Of a DNA stretch of 64,000 nucleotides, positions 38,361 through 47,620 are shown one piece after another. The notes beneath the pieces are model-generated. The model was not told where the DNA came from and did no database searches. It saw only the letters and a program-made list of their open reading frames with translations. This DNA comes from Candidatus Moraniibacteriota bacterium (lineage in GTDB: Bacteria; Patescibacteriota; Minisyncoccia; Moranbacterales; UBA1568), in NCBI GenBank assembly GCA_037133435.1, contig JBAXOD010000001.1:30979-94978 (forward strand), read 5' to 3'. The translations under genes were made by a program, and so were the position numbers. How positions within the stretch are numbered: the stretch's first letter is position 1; each line of letters starts with the position of its first letter.

Positions 38361-38521
38361 ATATCTTCACGCTTTGTAATCTGAGGTAAAGAACGAATTG
38401 ATGTGTCATCCGAGTCTCATCACACTAAATCAAAAATAAATTTTTTAAATCCCATCGACTAACAGTATGTTGTCAAATCCGAAACGGAACGTATCAGGTT
38501 CTGATATCGAAAGATTCGAAT

Positions 38522-39097
38522 TTATTGTAATACCATATCTCCGGAAACGATGAGGCCTGCACTACTGTCACTTGTTTGCCTACATTTGACTGCACCGTTG
38601 CTTTGTAATGCACAACAGATGAACTCAAAAGGACTAACACTGAAACAGCTCAGGTTTCCTCCCGTCGCCGCCGCCGCCACCGCTATCTGCACCGCCCGAG
38701 TCGTACCCTGCGACGCGCCGTCCGACTTGATCGACGCTATCGTGCCGGGATCGCCGGCACAATCGGTGATTCGCGTGTCACTTGTGTCGAACAACCGGAC
38801 TGTCCATCCCTCCGACGAGGTGATCACCCCTCCGTTACAGGTCGCACCGCTATTGGTCGCGACCAAGTCGATCGTGGCGGGCCGTATCTTATACAGCTGG
38901 TAGAGCACCTTCTCATTTCCCGTATTGGCCACCTGAAAGGCCTTGGTAGAATCTCCGGACGAAAGGGCTGATTTCTCGAGCGATACGGAAGACGCCAACA
39001 ACGTGAGTGCCGTCACCAGCATCAATGACAAGATGATGAGCGAGAAGACGAGCACGGAACCTTTCGGAATCAACTTCGAAAAACCGATGTTTTTCAT
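38522..39097 (-). CDS. Membrane-anchored secreted protein, possibly pilin-like
   Basis: N-terminal MKNIGFSKLIPKGSVLVFSLIILSLMLV hydrophobic segment, then a Ser/Thr/Gly-rich domain with several Cys. It lacks the canonical G/FTLIE prepilin site, so this is tentative. Confidence 0.35.
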   Translation of the reverse strand: MKNIGFSKLIPKGSVLVFSLIILSLMLVTALTLLASSVSLEKSALSSGDSTKAFQVANTGNEKVLYQLYKIRPATIDLVATNSGATCNGGVITSSEGWTVRLFDTSDTRITDCAGDPGTIASIKSDGASQGTTRAVQIAVAAAATGGNLSCFSVSPFEFICCALQSNGAVKCRQTSDSSAGLIVSGDMVLQ

Positions 39098-39469
39098 ATG
39101 TTTTCTATTACGTGTTACGCCGACTGTGGTTTATGGCATCGACGAATCGATGACAATGATATTGTACACCGATTGGGGTGATTTTCAAAACGGGATGTAT
39201 AAGGGGGATTTCAAACACACAAAACGATTGAGCGGAAAATGGGAGCATGTCCGAAGAGAAACACGAGTGGTGCGACATAGTGTTTGTCTGTCGAAGAATA
39301 CGGATACTGAACGCGGCTGATCAAATTTTTTGTAGAATTGAAAGAAAGAGTATCAATAAGCGGAAAAACGAGGCTCGTATACCATGAAAATGCCATACCG
39401 GGTAACTACGACGTTTATGAGATCGAACCGTGGTAGTATACTGATGAGTATAAGCCGTAAACACCACAT

Positions 39470-40720
39470 ATGATAAGCGATTCATCATTTATTACGAAGA
39501 GACCGGAACAGATCCGTGGTAAGCGACCTGAGTGTGCCGATGCGGTCACGGAAAGCGCCGAGGCGGCTGCCGAACGGAATCGGGAAGAATGGAAGGTGCT
39601 CGGGAGGCTGTTGAAAGAGGCCATACTGCCTGCCGAACAGCCGGAAGAAGAACTGATCGCGAGTGTGATTACGTCCGACCATGTCGTTACATTCCTGAAT
39701 GACGAGCAGACTCCGGAACAGCGTCAGAAAATGAGATATACCGCTATGCATCTGGATCCTGATACCCTGAAAGATACGGTTCCCGTGATCAATACTGAAA
39801 CGCTCATGACAGCGATACGGAATCTTTCGGATACGGAGCTTCAAGAAACGGAAGCGTATGCGGAAATGGAGACGTTGTTGGGAGATATCGCGACATCGGC
39901 ATACGATGTCAGTGAGATAATCACGACGAAGAACGGCAAAAATGAAAAAGACGCGAAGACTATTTTCAAGGTTGCACAAAACCTCGGGCGACTCATGGAA
40001 AAAACGGATCTCGATGAGGAAACGTCCATCGCCATTCAGACACTGTATGCGAAACTGCTCGTTCAGGGGTTGCGGACGCAACAAGAGTTCGGTGGTCGCT
40101 TCGTGAGTGAATGGGATCGTACGGTTCATCATCAATACGATGAGACGGAAATATTGCATCGGGCCGAAGCGCATATGTGCGGGAATTCGATGAGAACCGT
40201 CGGAGCGCGGCTGATGCTTATGCGGTCGTTGTCACAATTGCCGTATGTTCATGATATCGATTTTACGGACGTGAACGATGAACGGGGTCGCGGGTCGCAT
40301 ATCTCGTTCCGGATAGATCCGAAACGCTCCGGAAATTCGAACGTATTCAACAAGGTATATTTGAAAATGATCGGCGATGCCAAGATGTTCGTGACGGTTC
40401 AGGACTTCGACTACGATCAGCACGGACCGGTTACGGATGGATTTCTGGTTTCCATCGTTTTAGATAAACACTCCGAGACGGAACCTGCCATATATTGCGA
40501 TTTGGACGATGAACGATGCAACGTGCGCGTCTCCATCGATGTAGATGCGGCGTTCAAACGGGATATAACGGTTCCCTTTTCCAAAGGATCCATTTCATTT
40601 TCCAGTTTTGATTTCGGTGCGTTCGCAAAGAGTGCCGAATTGGAACCGTCGGGATTGCCGGAGGCTTTCTTGGAAATGATCCTTCAAAAGCAGAAGAAAT
40701 ACGCTTCGAGGTTAAACTGA
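39470..40720 (+). CDS. Hypothetical protein (416 aa), acidic and probably cytoplasmic
   Basis: Long intact ORF. No motif recognised. Lower local GC. Confidence 0.45.
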   Translation: MISDSSFITKRPEQIRGKRPECADAVTESAEAAAERNREEWKVLGRLLKEAILPAEQPEEELIASVITSDHVVTFLNDEQTPEQRQKMRYTAMHLDPDTLKDTVPVINTETLMTAIRNLSDTELQETEAYAEMETLLGDIATSAYDVSEIITTKNGKNEKDAKTIFKVAQNLGRLMEKTDLDEETSIAIQTLYAKLLVQGLRTQQEFGGRFVSEWDRTVHHQYDETEILHRAEAHMCGNSMRTVGARLMLMRSLSQLPYVHDIDFTDVNDERGRGSHISFRIDPKRSGNSNVFNKVYLKMIGDAKMFVTVQDFDYDQHGPVTDGFLVSIVLDKHSETEPAIYCDLDDERCNVRVSIDVDAAFKRDITVPFSKGSISFSSFDFGAFAKSAELEPSGLPEAFLEMILQKQKKYASRLN

Positions 40721-40886
40721 AGGAAAGAAAGACAATTTTTGAAAACGGAAGGATTCGTGTGTCGAAATCGTGGGGTTTCCTGCAGATCCGCGAACAAAAA
40801 CGCGCTTCATCTGTCGAAGATAAGCGCGTGTCACTGTCCTAGAAAATCATTATCATGGAGCTTTGACAGTTTTTGAAGATCCTGTC

Positions 40887-42083
40887 CTATTTGTACCGCA
40901 ATGCCTCGAGGGCGTCGGTTTTCGCGGCCTTGCGGGCGGGAAGGACGCCGGTCAGGAAGCCGACGAACGCACCGAAGGCGATGATTGCCGCGAGAAACCA
41001 CAGCGGCGTCTTGAAGAGATCGGTCTTTTCCCCACCGAAGTTCGTTGCGAGAAGATTGAAAATGAGGTTGATGCTCTGTCCGCCGAGTATGCCGAGCGCG
41101 ATGCCGACCAGACTGCCGAGAAGTCCCATGAGTGTCGCTTCCATGACGAACATCAGTGAGACGGACGAGGGAGCCGCGCCGATGGATTTCATGATACCGA
41201 TCTCCTCGGTGCGTTCGAGCAACGTGATGGTCATCGTGTTGAACATGCCGATCGCCGATACGACGAGCGCGATCACGCCGAACGACATGAGGATGATCTG
41301 CAACACCTGGAACACCTTGTTCGCCTGATCTATGGTTTCAGAGATGGAAGACGCCGTGAGTGGAATCGCTTCCACTTCGGATCGGATTCCCGAAAGAGTG
41401 CCGGACGATACCGCCTTGAGCTTGAGCTTCGTGGCTGCCGGTATCGATACGGACCTGATCGATTCCGGAGACAGGTATATCTGATTCTCTTCCCCGGTCG
41501 TTATGCCGGAAATGAGGTAGGTCCCGTCGAGCGGGACGGAGACATCGCCGGAATTCTTCTGCCCCCCGGTCTCTTTCGGCATGAAGAGCGACAGTGACGC
41601 CGATTGTCCGAGGAGATCCTCGGGATTCTTTTGGAATGCCCTGACGACGCCCATGGTGATGACGGCCTCGTGCGCCTTGTCCGAATAGGTCTCTCCGGCC
41701 GCGAACGGGACGCCTTCAAGCTTCATGAAACGTGCCGGCGCGATGACGGCGCCGGAGTCGAGCGTCACGCCGATGATCCTGACCTGCGCGCGGGTTTCGA
41801 AGACGGGAAGAACGGTTTCCACGTTTGCAATCGAGGAAAGCCGGCCGATCGTCGATTCGTCGAGAGCGGGCGACGACGGGTCGGTCTTGGTGATATCGAG
41901 CGTGGAAAGCGCGTCCGAAGTCGTGATCTTCTTGAGCAGGGCGTCCTGCAGTCCGTATCCGAGGGAAACGAGGAATACGATCGCCGCGATACCAACACCC
42001 ATACCGAGAATGGTAAGGACGGTCCGAAGGGTGCGGGCCTTGAACATTCGAAGCGAGAGTTTGAGGAGATCAGAGAACAGCAT
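40887..42083 (-). CDS. MacB/FtsX-type ABC transporter permease
   Basis: N-terminal TM, large extracytoplasmic domain, and a C-terminal 3-TM FtsX domain (GIMKSIGAAPSSVSLMFVMEATLMGLLG). Start placed at MLFSDLLKL. The Arg-rich upstream extension in the ORF track is judged non-coding. Confidence 0.7.
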   Translation of the reverse strand: MLFSDLLKLSLRMFKARTLRTVLTILGMGVGIAAIVFLVSLGYGLQDALLKKITTSDALSTLDITKTDPSSPALDESTIGRLSSIANVETVLPVFETRAQVRIIGVTLDSGAVIAPARFMKLEGVPFAAGETYSDKAHEAVITMGVVRAFQKNPEDLLGQSASLSLFMPKETGGQKNSGDVSVPLDGTYLISGITTGEENQIYLSPESIRSVSIPAATKLKLKAVSSGTLSGIRSEVEAIPLTASSISETIDQANKVFQVLQIILMSFGVIALVVSAIGMFNTMTITLLERTEEIGIMKSIGAAPSSVSLMFVMEATLMGLLGSLVGIALGILGGQSINLIFNLLATNFGGEKTDLFKTPLWFLAAIIAFGAFVGFLTGVLPARKAAKTDALEALRYK

Positions 42084-42111
42084 AAGGAAATCGATCCGGA
42101 AGCGACCGGTT

Positions 42112-42660
42112 TTACGAGTATTTGAGAAGCATGAGTATCTCGATCTCGCGCGACATCTTTTCCGCCGTCTGCCGATGGAGACCGACCCCGCCCTTGGAGA
42201 CCGAAAGGTCGAGTCGTTTCTGGGTCTCGACCTGGCCGATCTTGCTTTGGACGCGCAATTCGAGCAGTTCCCGCAGCCGGATTCTTTGATGTTCGTCGAG
42301 GGTGAGGTGAAAGTTGTTTTCGAGATATGAGGCGAGCGGGGGAACGGCGGTTTCCGGGGCTTCCTTGAGGTTCTTGACCTGTTCGAGCATGCGATCGACG
42401 CGTTCCGAAATATGTTCCGCACGGATCTTGTTCCACCCGCCCCCTCCTTTTTCATAGGGCATGTCCAGGCGACTCCGCATCTCATTCGTATCGATATTCC
42501 GAAAGAGGACTTCCCTGATGAGAGTCTCGGCCATGGAAACCTGCTCCTCGTTCAATTCGGAAAGCAGGTGGCTCAAAAGCTGCTTGGCCTTGAATGGGAC
42601 GAGCAGCACGTCCACCTGTTGCGGGAGCAGGCTCTTGAAGGACGAGCGGAGGACATTCAA
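42112..42660 (-). CDS. Hypothetical soluble helical protein encoded between the ABC ATPase and permease genes
   Basis: Intact ORF with no TM. The only in-frame start at the 5' end is TTG, so the boundaries are uncertain. Confidence 0.35.
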   Translation of the reverse strand: MNVLRSSFKSLLPQQVDVLLVPFKAKQLLSHLLSELNEEQVSMAETLIREVLFRNIDTNEMRSRLDMPYEKGGGGWNKIRAEHISERVDRMLEQVKNLKEAPETAVPPLASYLENNFHLTLDEHQRIRLRELLELRVQSKIGQVETQKRLDLSVSKGGVGLHRQTAEKMSREIEILMLLKYS

Positions 42661-42669
42661 TTCCTGCGT

Positions 42670-43428
42670 TTACGCGGCTAGGTCCGTCCCGCCGGTTCCG
42701 AGTTCCACGGCCGCCTCGATCGGGCGTTTTTCCCTGTTGACCTCTTCCTTGATGATGCGTCCGTCGCGCATATGGATGACGCGGTCGGCGTAGGCGAGAT
42801 GTTCCGGATTGTGCGTGACCATGATGATGGTCTGTTGGTCTATCTCGTTCAAGTCCTTGAGGATCTGCAGCACGTTGCGGGCCGATTCGCTGTCGAGGTT
42901 TCCGACGGGTTCGTCAGCGAGCACGATCTGAGGCCGGTTGATCAGGGCTCGGGCGATCGCGACGCGCTGTTTCTGACCACCCGAAAGCTGGCTCGGATAT
43001 TTGTCCGCCTGTTCGACGATACCGAATCGCCGAAGAGCCTGAATCCCGTCTTTTTCCCGTTCGGAATGCCGCTCCCCGCGGAACACCCGCGGAAGACAGA
43101 CATTGTCGAGAATGGTCAGGGACGGAATGAGATAAAAGGCCTGAAACACCAAGCCGATTCCGGTCTGGTGAAGCTCGAGTTCCTCCTTTTTCGTCATCTT
43201 CGAAAATGCTTTTCCACTTATCGTGATGTCTCCGTAGGTCGGTTTTTGGAGTCCGGCGATCGAATAGAGCAGTGTCGATTTTCCGCAACCTGACGGTCCG
43301 TAGATGATGACGTATTCACTCGGAAAAATCTGGAGATTCGTCTCTTCAAGGGCTCGCGATTCGTTCGACTTCCCCTGGTTGTAGATGATCCGGAGTTTGT
43401 CGATCGTGATAAGCGGTTCAATGGACAT
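42670..43428 (-). CDS. ABC transporter ATP-binding protein (MacB/FtsE/LolD-like)
   Basis: Walker A GPSGCGKST, signature LSGGQKQRVAIARAL and Walker B ILADEPVGNLD. Confidence 0.85.
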   Translation of the reverse strand: MSIEPLITIDKLRIIYNQGKSNESRALEETNLQIFPSEYVIIYGPSGCGKSTLLYSIAGLQKPTYGDITISGKAFSKMTKKEELELHQTGIGLVFQAFYLIPSLTILDNVCLPRVFRGERHSEREKDGIQALRRFGIVEQADKYPSQLSGGQKQRVAIARALINRPQIVLADEPVGNLDSESARNVLQILKDLNEIDQQTIIMVTHNPEHLAYADRVIHMRDGRIIKEEVNREKRPIEAAVELGTGGTDLAA

Positions 43429-43559
43429 ATATATTTCTTTGTGTCCATTTTATCATACTATTTGGATTTTGACCCTTCCGGGGTACAATGAAGTGCGTGA
43501 TTTCTGCGAGCGAGACGAATCGGGTATTTTTCCCGTTCGGAATCGTACTTGATGTTCCT

Positions 43560-45116
43560 ATGGCCGAACTCTCCTCATTGCTTCGTATTTGGCGGGCGAA
43601 ACGGGCGTCCCAAGAGGGTGTCGAACCGTTTCGCGTGCTGACGAACGCCGCGCTCGACGGTATCGCGGCGCGCAGGCCGACGACGCCGGACCAGTTGATG
43701 GAAGTGAAGGGAATCAAGGACGCGAAGTGTCGGCAATACGGAAAGGAGATCCTCGATATCGTCGCGCGTTCCGGCCCGGGTACCCTTTCCTTTTCCGGTG
43801 GGGTGGCGGCCGGGCGTGACGGAGACGAAACGCCTGAACCGACCTCGGAACAGGAGAGTCTCGCCGGGGATGAACCGCTTTCCGTCGGTCAATTTCTTGA
43901 CGGGCTGAACGTGGAGCTGTCCGGAATGGCGGCGCGGGTTCGCGGCGAAGTATCGTCGGTGGACGAGCGTGAGCGGGTGGTCTATTTTTCGATCAAGGAC
44001 TCGACGGACGACGGTATGCTGAATTGCCTTATTTTTCGGTGGCAGTACGACGTATCCGGGGTGCGACTTCGTGAAGGGGACGAGATCATCGTCGAGGGTG
44101 TGCCGGAAATATGGAAGCCGATGGGCAAACTTTCGTTCAAGGTGGGTACTATCGAAGTGGCAGGCGAGGGCGCGCTCAAGAAGGAATACGATGAATTGTA
44201 TCGCAAGCTCGAATCCGAAGGCGCCTTTGCGCCGGAACGGAAGCGGCCACTTCCCGAATTTCCCGAGCGTATCGCGCTCATCACGTCCGAACAAGGTGCC
44301 GCGATCGGCGACTTCCTGACGAACCTCGGCAGACTCGGGGTCAGGGTCGACCTCTATCCTTCGAGTGTGGAAGGAAAGCGGGCCGTACTGGAACTATTGA
44401 AGGCCGTACGGTATTTCCGGTCGCGCGCCTCTTTATATGACCTGTTGGTCGTGATCCGGGGCGGGGGAAGCATCGAGAGTCTGCAGGCTTTCAATACCGA
44501 GGCGCTTGTCCGCGAGATCAACGAGTGCGAGATTCCGGTCATCGCCGGTATCGGACACGAGAAGGATGTGACGCTTTCCGCGCTTGCGGCCGACAGAATG
44601 GTATCCACGCCGACCGCGGTCGCGCGCACTATCCGCGAGCCATGGGACAGGGCCCGTCAGACGCTCGTTCAAAGCGAACGGACGATCATTTCTTTTTTCG
44701 AGGGCGCGCTTTCCGAATCGTCCGACCGGCTCGGAAAAAGTGTCGCGACTTTTCTTGGCTTTCTTCTGGGCGTTTCCGATCGGTTCGAACGGGCGAAGTC
44801 CGCGCTTGGGTCGAAACTCTCGATGCTTGAATATCGGTTACGAGAATCTTCGACTCAGCTTGAAGGCATGACCCGAAGGATCGGTGAGGGTTGGAAGAAT
44901 GCTGCCAAGGACGTCCGGGACCGGCTTTCCAGAGCTGAAGGGGCTCTTCGTCAGTATGACCCGAATCGGTTATTGTCGCTCGGGTACGCCATCGTCCGGG
45001 CCGGAGGGAAGGTGCTTTCGAAGGTCGGTGACGTGTCGCTCGGCGAGGAGTTGGATATACGGTTGTCGGATGGGATCGTTACGGCGGAAGTGAAGTCAGT
45101 GAGCAGTAGACAATGA
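43560..45116 (+). CDS. xseA: Exodeoxyribonuclease VII large subunit with an N-terminal HRDC-like domain
   Basis: OB-fold and catalytic core (ALITSEQGAAIGDF, VIRGGGS, IGHEKD). The N-terminal ~75 aa (LRIWRAKRASQEGVEPFRVLTNAALDGIAARRPTTPDQLMEVKGIKDAKCRQYGKEIL) resemble an HRDC domain. The ORF track starts at 43488. Confidence 0.75.
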   Translation: MAELSSLLRIWRAKRASQEGVEPFRVLTNAALDGIAARRPTTPDQLMEVKGIKDAKCRQYGKEILDIVARSGPGTLSFSGGVAAGRDGDETPEPTSEQESLAGDEPLSVGQFLDGLNVELSGMAARVRGEVSSVDERERVVYFSIKDSTDDGMLNCLIFRWQYDVSGVRLREGDEIIVEGVPEIWKPMGKLSFKVGTIEVAGEGALKKEYDELYRKLESEGAFAPERKRPLPEFPERIALITSEQGAAIGDFLTNLGRLGVRVDLYPSSVEGKRAVLELLKAVRYFRSRASLYDLLVVIRGGGSIESLQAFNTEALVREINECEIPVIAGIGHEKDVTLSALAADRMVSTPTAVARTIREPWDRARQTLVQSERTIISFFEGALSESSDRLGKSVATFLGFLLGVSDRFERAKSALGSKLSMLEYRLRESSTQLEGMTRRIGEGWKNAAKDVRDRLSRAEGALRQYDPNRLLSLGYAIVRAGGKVLSKVGDVSLGEELDIRLSDGIVTAEVKSVSSRQ

Positions 45117-45153
45117 AACAATGTATCAATATAACCATGTAACCAACAATCAT

Positions 45154-45369
45154 ATGCCGCAGGAAAAGAAGCAGTCTCTCGGGGAGTCGCTGAAGAAACT
45201 GGAAGAGATTGTCGCTTGGTTCGAGAGCCAGGAGGAAGTCGACGTCGAGGAGGGGCTCGCGAAGGTGAAGGAGGGAGCTATACTCGTGAAGGAGAGCCGT
45301 GAGAAGCTCAAGGAAGCCGAGAACGAGTTCGAGATCGTGAAGAAGGAATTGGAGGGGGATGGGGAGTAG
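45154..45369 (+). CDS. xseB: Exodeoxyribonuclease VII small subunit
   Basis: LGESLKKLEEIVAWFESQEEVDVEEGLAKVKEGAILVKESREKL is a typical XseB helical hairpin. It is adjacent to xseA. Confidence 0.75.
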   Translation: MPQEKKQSLGESLKKLEEIVAWFESQEEVDVEEGLAKVKEGAILVKESREKLKEAENEFEIVKKELEGDGE

Positions 45370-45497
45370 TGATGAGTAGACAGGAGTAGTCGGTTGTGAG
45401 GGGACAGATACAAGAAGATTTAAAAAACCAGGCATGAATCGAGGTCCGGTTTTTCGTGAACGGGGCGTCGTTTGACTGCTGTCGTATCCGATGCGAT

Positions 45498-46832
45498 TCA
45501 ATATCGCTCAATCATACCCGCCCGGTTCTCGTCGATTTTTTTGATGACGCCGTCGATGAATCTCCAGGCGGCGAGGATTTCCTTCGAACCGATATACATG
45601 GATCGGTCACGCTCGAACAGGTCGCGCAGCGCGTTCTCGTACGGTTTGTTCAGGATGAACGCGTTGTCGGCGAATCCGAACCGCAGCTCCGTAGGATACG
45701 CGCATTTCAGTTTCGAATCGAATTCCGAATTCAGGCGAAGGCTGATCTCGTTTCTCGGCTGCACGTTGATTCTGATCTGGTTGTTCATAATCTCGCATCC
45801 GTCCTTGGTCCAGAGCGAATGGCCGACGTTCCTGAATTCCACGATGATATCGGTCGTCTTCTCATTCAGTTTCTTGCCGGTCAGGATGCGAATCGGGACG
45901 TCGCGCCATTTCGGCAGGTCGATCCCGACTTGGAGCGAAGCGGAAGTCTCGGTGAGGGAATCCTTCGCGACGTGAGGCTCGTCGGTGTAGCCTTTGTATT
46001 GGCCGACCCGGATGGATTTTTCCTCTCCCGTGTCGAAAAGCCTGATATGCTCCATGACCCGTATCTTTTCCCGATGGATCGATTCGGGGGTGAGATCTTT
46101 CGGCTGCCGCATGACCGAGAATGCCAACAGTTGCAACGCATGGTTCTGGATCATGTCGCGTATCGCCCCGGACCGGTCGTAATACTCTCCACGATTGCGT
46201 ATCCCTTCCTCTTCCTTGATCTCGATCGAGATCGATTCGATGTATTTCCCATTCCAGATCTGTTCGAAGATCGGATTGGCGAATCGTAGCGCCAGAAGAT
46301 CCTGGACCAGGTCGCGCGCCAGATAGTGATCGATGCGATACAGCTGTTTTTCGGTAAAATGATCAAGGAGTATCCCGTTCAAGGCTTCAGCGGAAGCGAA
46401 ATCGGAGCCGAACGGCTTTTCGAGGACGATCACGGAGTGACGGGTGATGTGTCCGTGCCGCTTCAGGCCATCACAGATATTCCTGATGAGCGAGGTGTCC
46501 GACGGGATGGACAGGTAATAGTATCGAAACGCGTTCTTGTCGGCCTTGGGAAGCGTGGAAATTCCGTCTTCGTCGTAACCGCCGCAACAATAGTCCCAAC
46601 TCGCGATGAATTTATCGAGCGTGTGAAGATCGGCATCGGGGCGCTCCGCCAGGACTGATGTCCGCACGATGTCTCGGAACGATTCCGTCGTGAGGGCCGT
46701 CCTTCCGTAGCCGATATAGCGTGCCCGCTTGCCGGTCGAGAAGACCGTGAAAAGCGCTGGGATAAGCTTGTTTCTGGCCAGGTCCCCGCTCGCCCCGAAG
46801 AGGACGAATTCGTCCGTGAGACGTATTTTCAT
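45498..46832 (-). CDS. zwf: Glucose-6-phosphate 1-dehydrogenase
   Basis: FVLFGASGDLARNKLIPALF NADP site and YRIDHYLAR substrate motif. Confidence 0.9.
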   Translation of the reverse strand: MKIRLTDEFVLFGASGDLARNKLIPALFTVFSTGKRARYIGYGRTALTTESFRDIVRTSVLAERPDADLHTLDKFIASWDYCCGGYDEDGISTLPKADKNAFRYYYLSIPSDTSLIRNICDGLKRHGHITRHSVIVLEKPFGSDFASAEALNGILLDHFTEKQLYRIDHYLARDLVQDLLALRFANPIFEQIWNGKYIESISIEIKEEEGIRNRGEYYDRSGAIRDMIQNHALQLLAFSVMRQPKDLTPESIHREKIRVMEHIRLFDTGEEKSIRVGQYKGYTDEPHVAKDSLTETSASLQVGIDLPKWRDVPIRILTGKKLNEKTTDIIVEFRNVGHSLWTKDGCEIMNNQIRINVQPRNEISLRLNSEFDSKLKCAYPTELRFGFADNAFILNKPYENALRDLFERDRSMYIGSKEILAAWRFIDGVIKKIDENRAGMIERY

Positions 46833-47560
46833 AGGGATGGTTCGCTGAATGATTGATCGGTAACGATTTCGATATCCGGCATCTCATAGAATATCATCGC
46901 CGGCATTTCGGATAGCGTTTGTGACCGGTTTTTCAACGCGATAAGCGTCTCACGCTTTTCTGCCCCGCATACGTAGGCGAATGCGTGATCGATCGTCTCG
47001 TGGAAAGGAAACGTCGTGGTGACCCGCTCGCGGAACACGTTTTTCCCGGTCGCATCGTACGAGGCGACCCACCCGTTTATCCGGAAGGTTTTCTCGAAAA
47101 AGTCCGGATCTTCCGGATAGGGGAAAATGCCCGCCGTATGCCCGTCGCCTCCCATTCCGAATATCGCGACGGTCAGACCGTCCGGATTCGCGTCCGTCCA
47201 TTCCGTAAGGGCGTTTTGAAATCGGTCACGCAGGGTTTCGCGCGTGTCGCCCGGCCGGCTTTTCGTATCGATGACGGCGATGCTCCGTCGTACGGCCGAG
47301 CGGAACCAATCGGTCATTTCGAGTGCGGCAAAATTACTATCCCGATTGTCCGGGTCGAACCGTTCATCAAGCGCGCCGATCGTGATGCCGGATCCGTTTC
47401 CGAGGAGGATATGATCGAGTACGCACAGGGCACTTCCTCCGGATACCAGAAGCAGCGCGTTTTTGTCTCCCCGGTCGGAAAGGAGTTTCGTGATCGAATC
47501 GCCGATATGTCGTGCCGCCTCTTGCCGGTCATCGACGGTGGTCCATCGGATATTTCCCAT
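46829..47560 (-). CDS. pgl: 6-phosphogluconolactonase
   Basis: NagB/Pgl fold motifs LLLVSGGSA and ALDERF. It overlaps zwf by 4 nt within the gnd-pgl-zwf operon. Confidence 0.75.
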   Translation of the reverse strand: MGNIRWTTVDDRQEAARHIGDSITKLLSDRGDKNALLLVSGGSALCVLDHILLGNGSGITIGALDERFDPDNRDSNFAALEMTDWFRSAVRRSIAVIDTKSRPGDTRETLRDRFQNALTEWTDANPDGLTVAIFGMGGDGHTAGIFPYPEDPDFFEKTFRINGWVASYDATGKNVFRERVTTTFPFHETIDHAFAYVCGAEKRETLIALKNRSQTLSEMPAMIFYEMPDIEIVTDQSFSEPSL

Positions 47561-47620
47561 AGGGTCGTTTCGGTTTCGGATACGGCGTTTCCGCTTCTGT
47601 GAAACGCTCCGGAATTCGTA

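Noticed and set aside
42084-42485. 134 aa N-terminal extension of the FtsX permease ORF (MRCGVAWT...RRRKRCRAR)
   Set aside because: The extension is extremely Arg/Ser-rich and overlaps the upstream gene on the same strand. The in-frame Met (MLFSDLLKL) just before the first TM helix is the plausible start.
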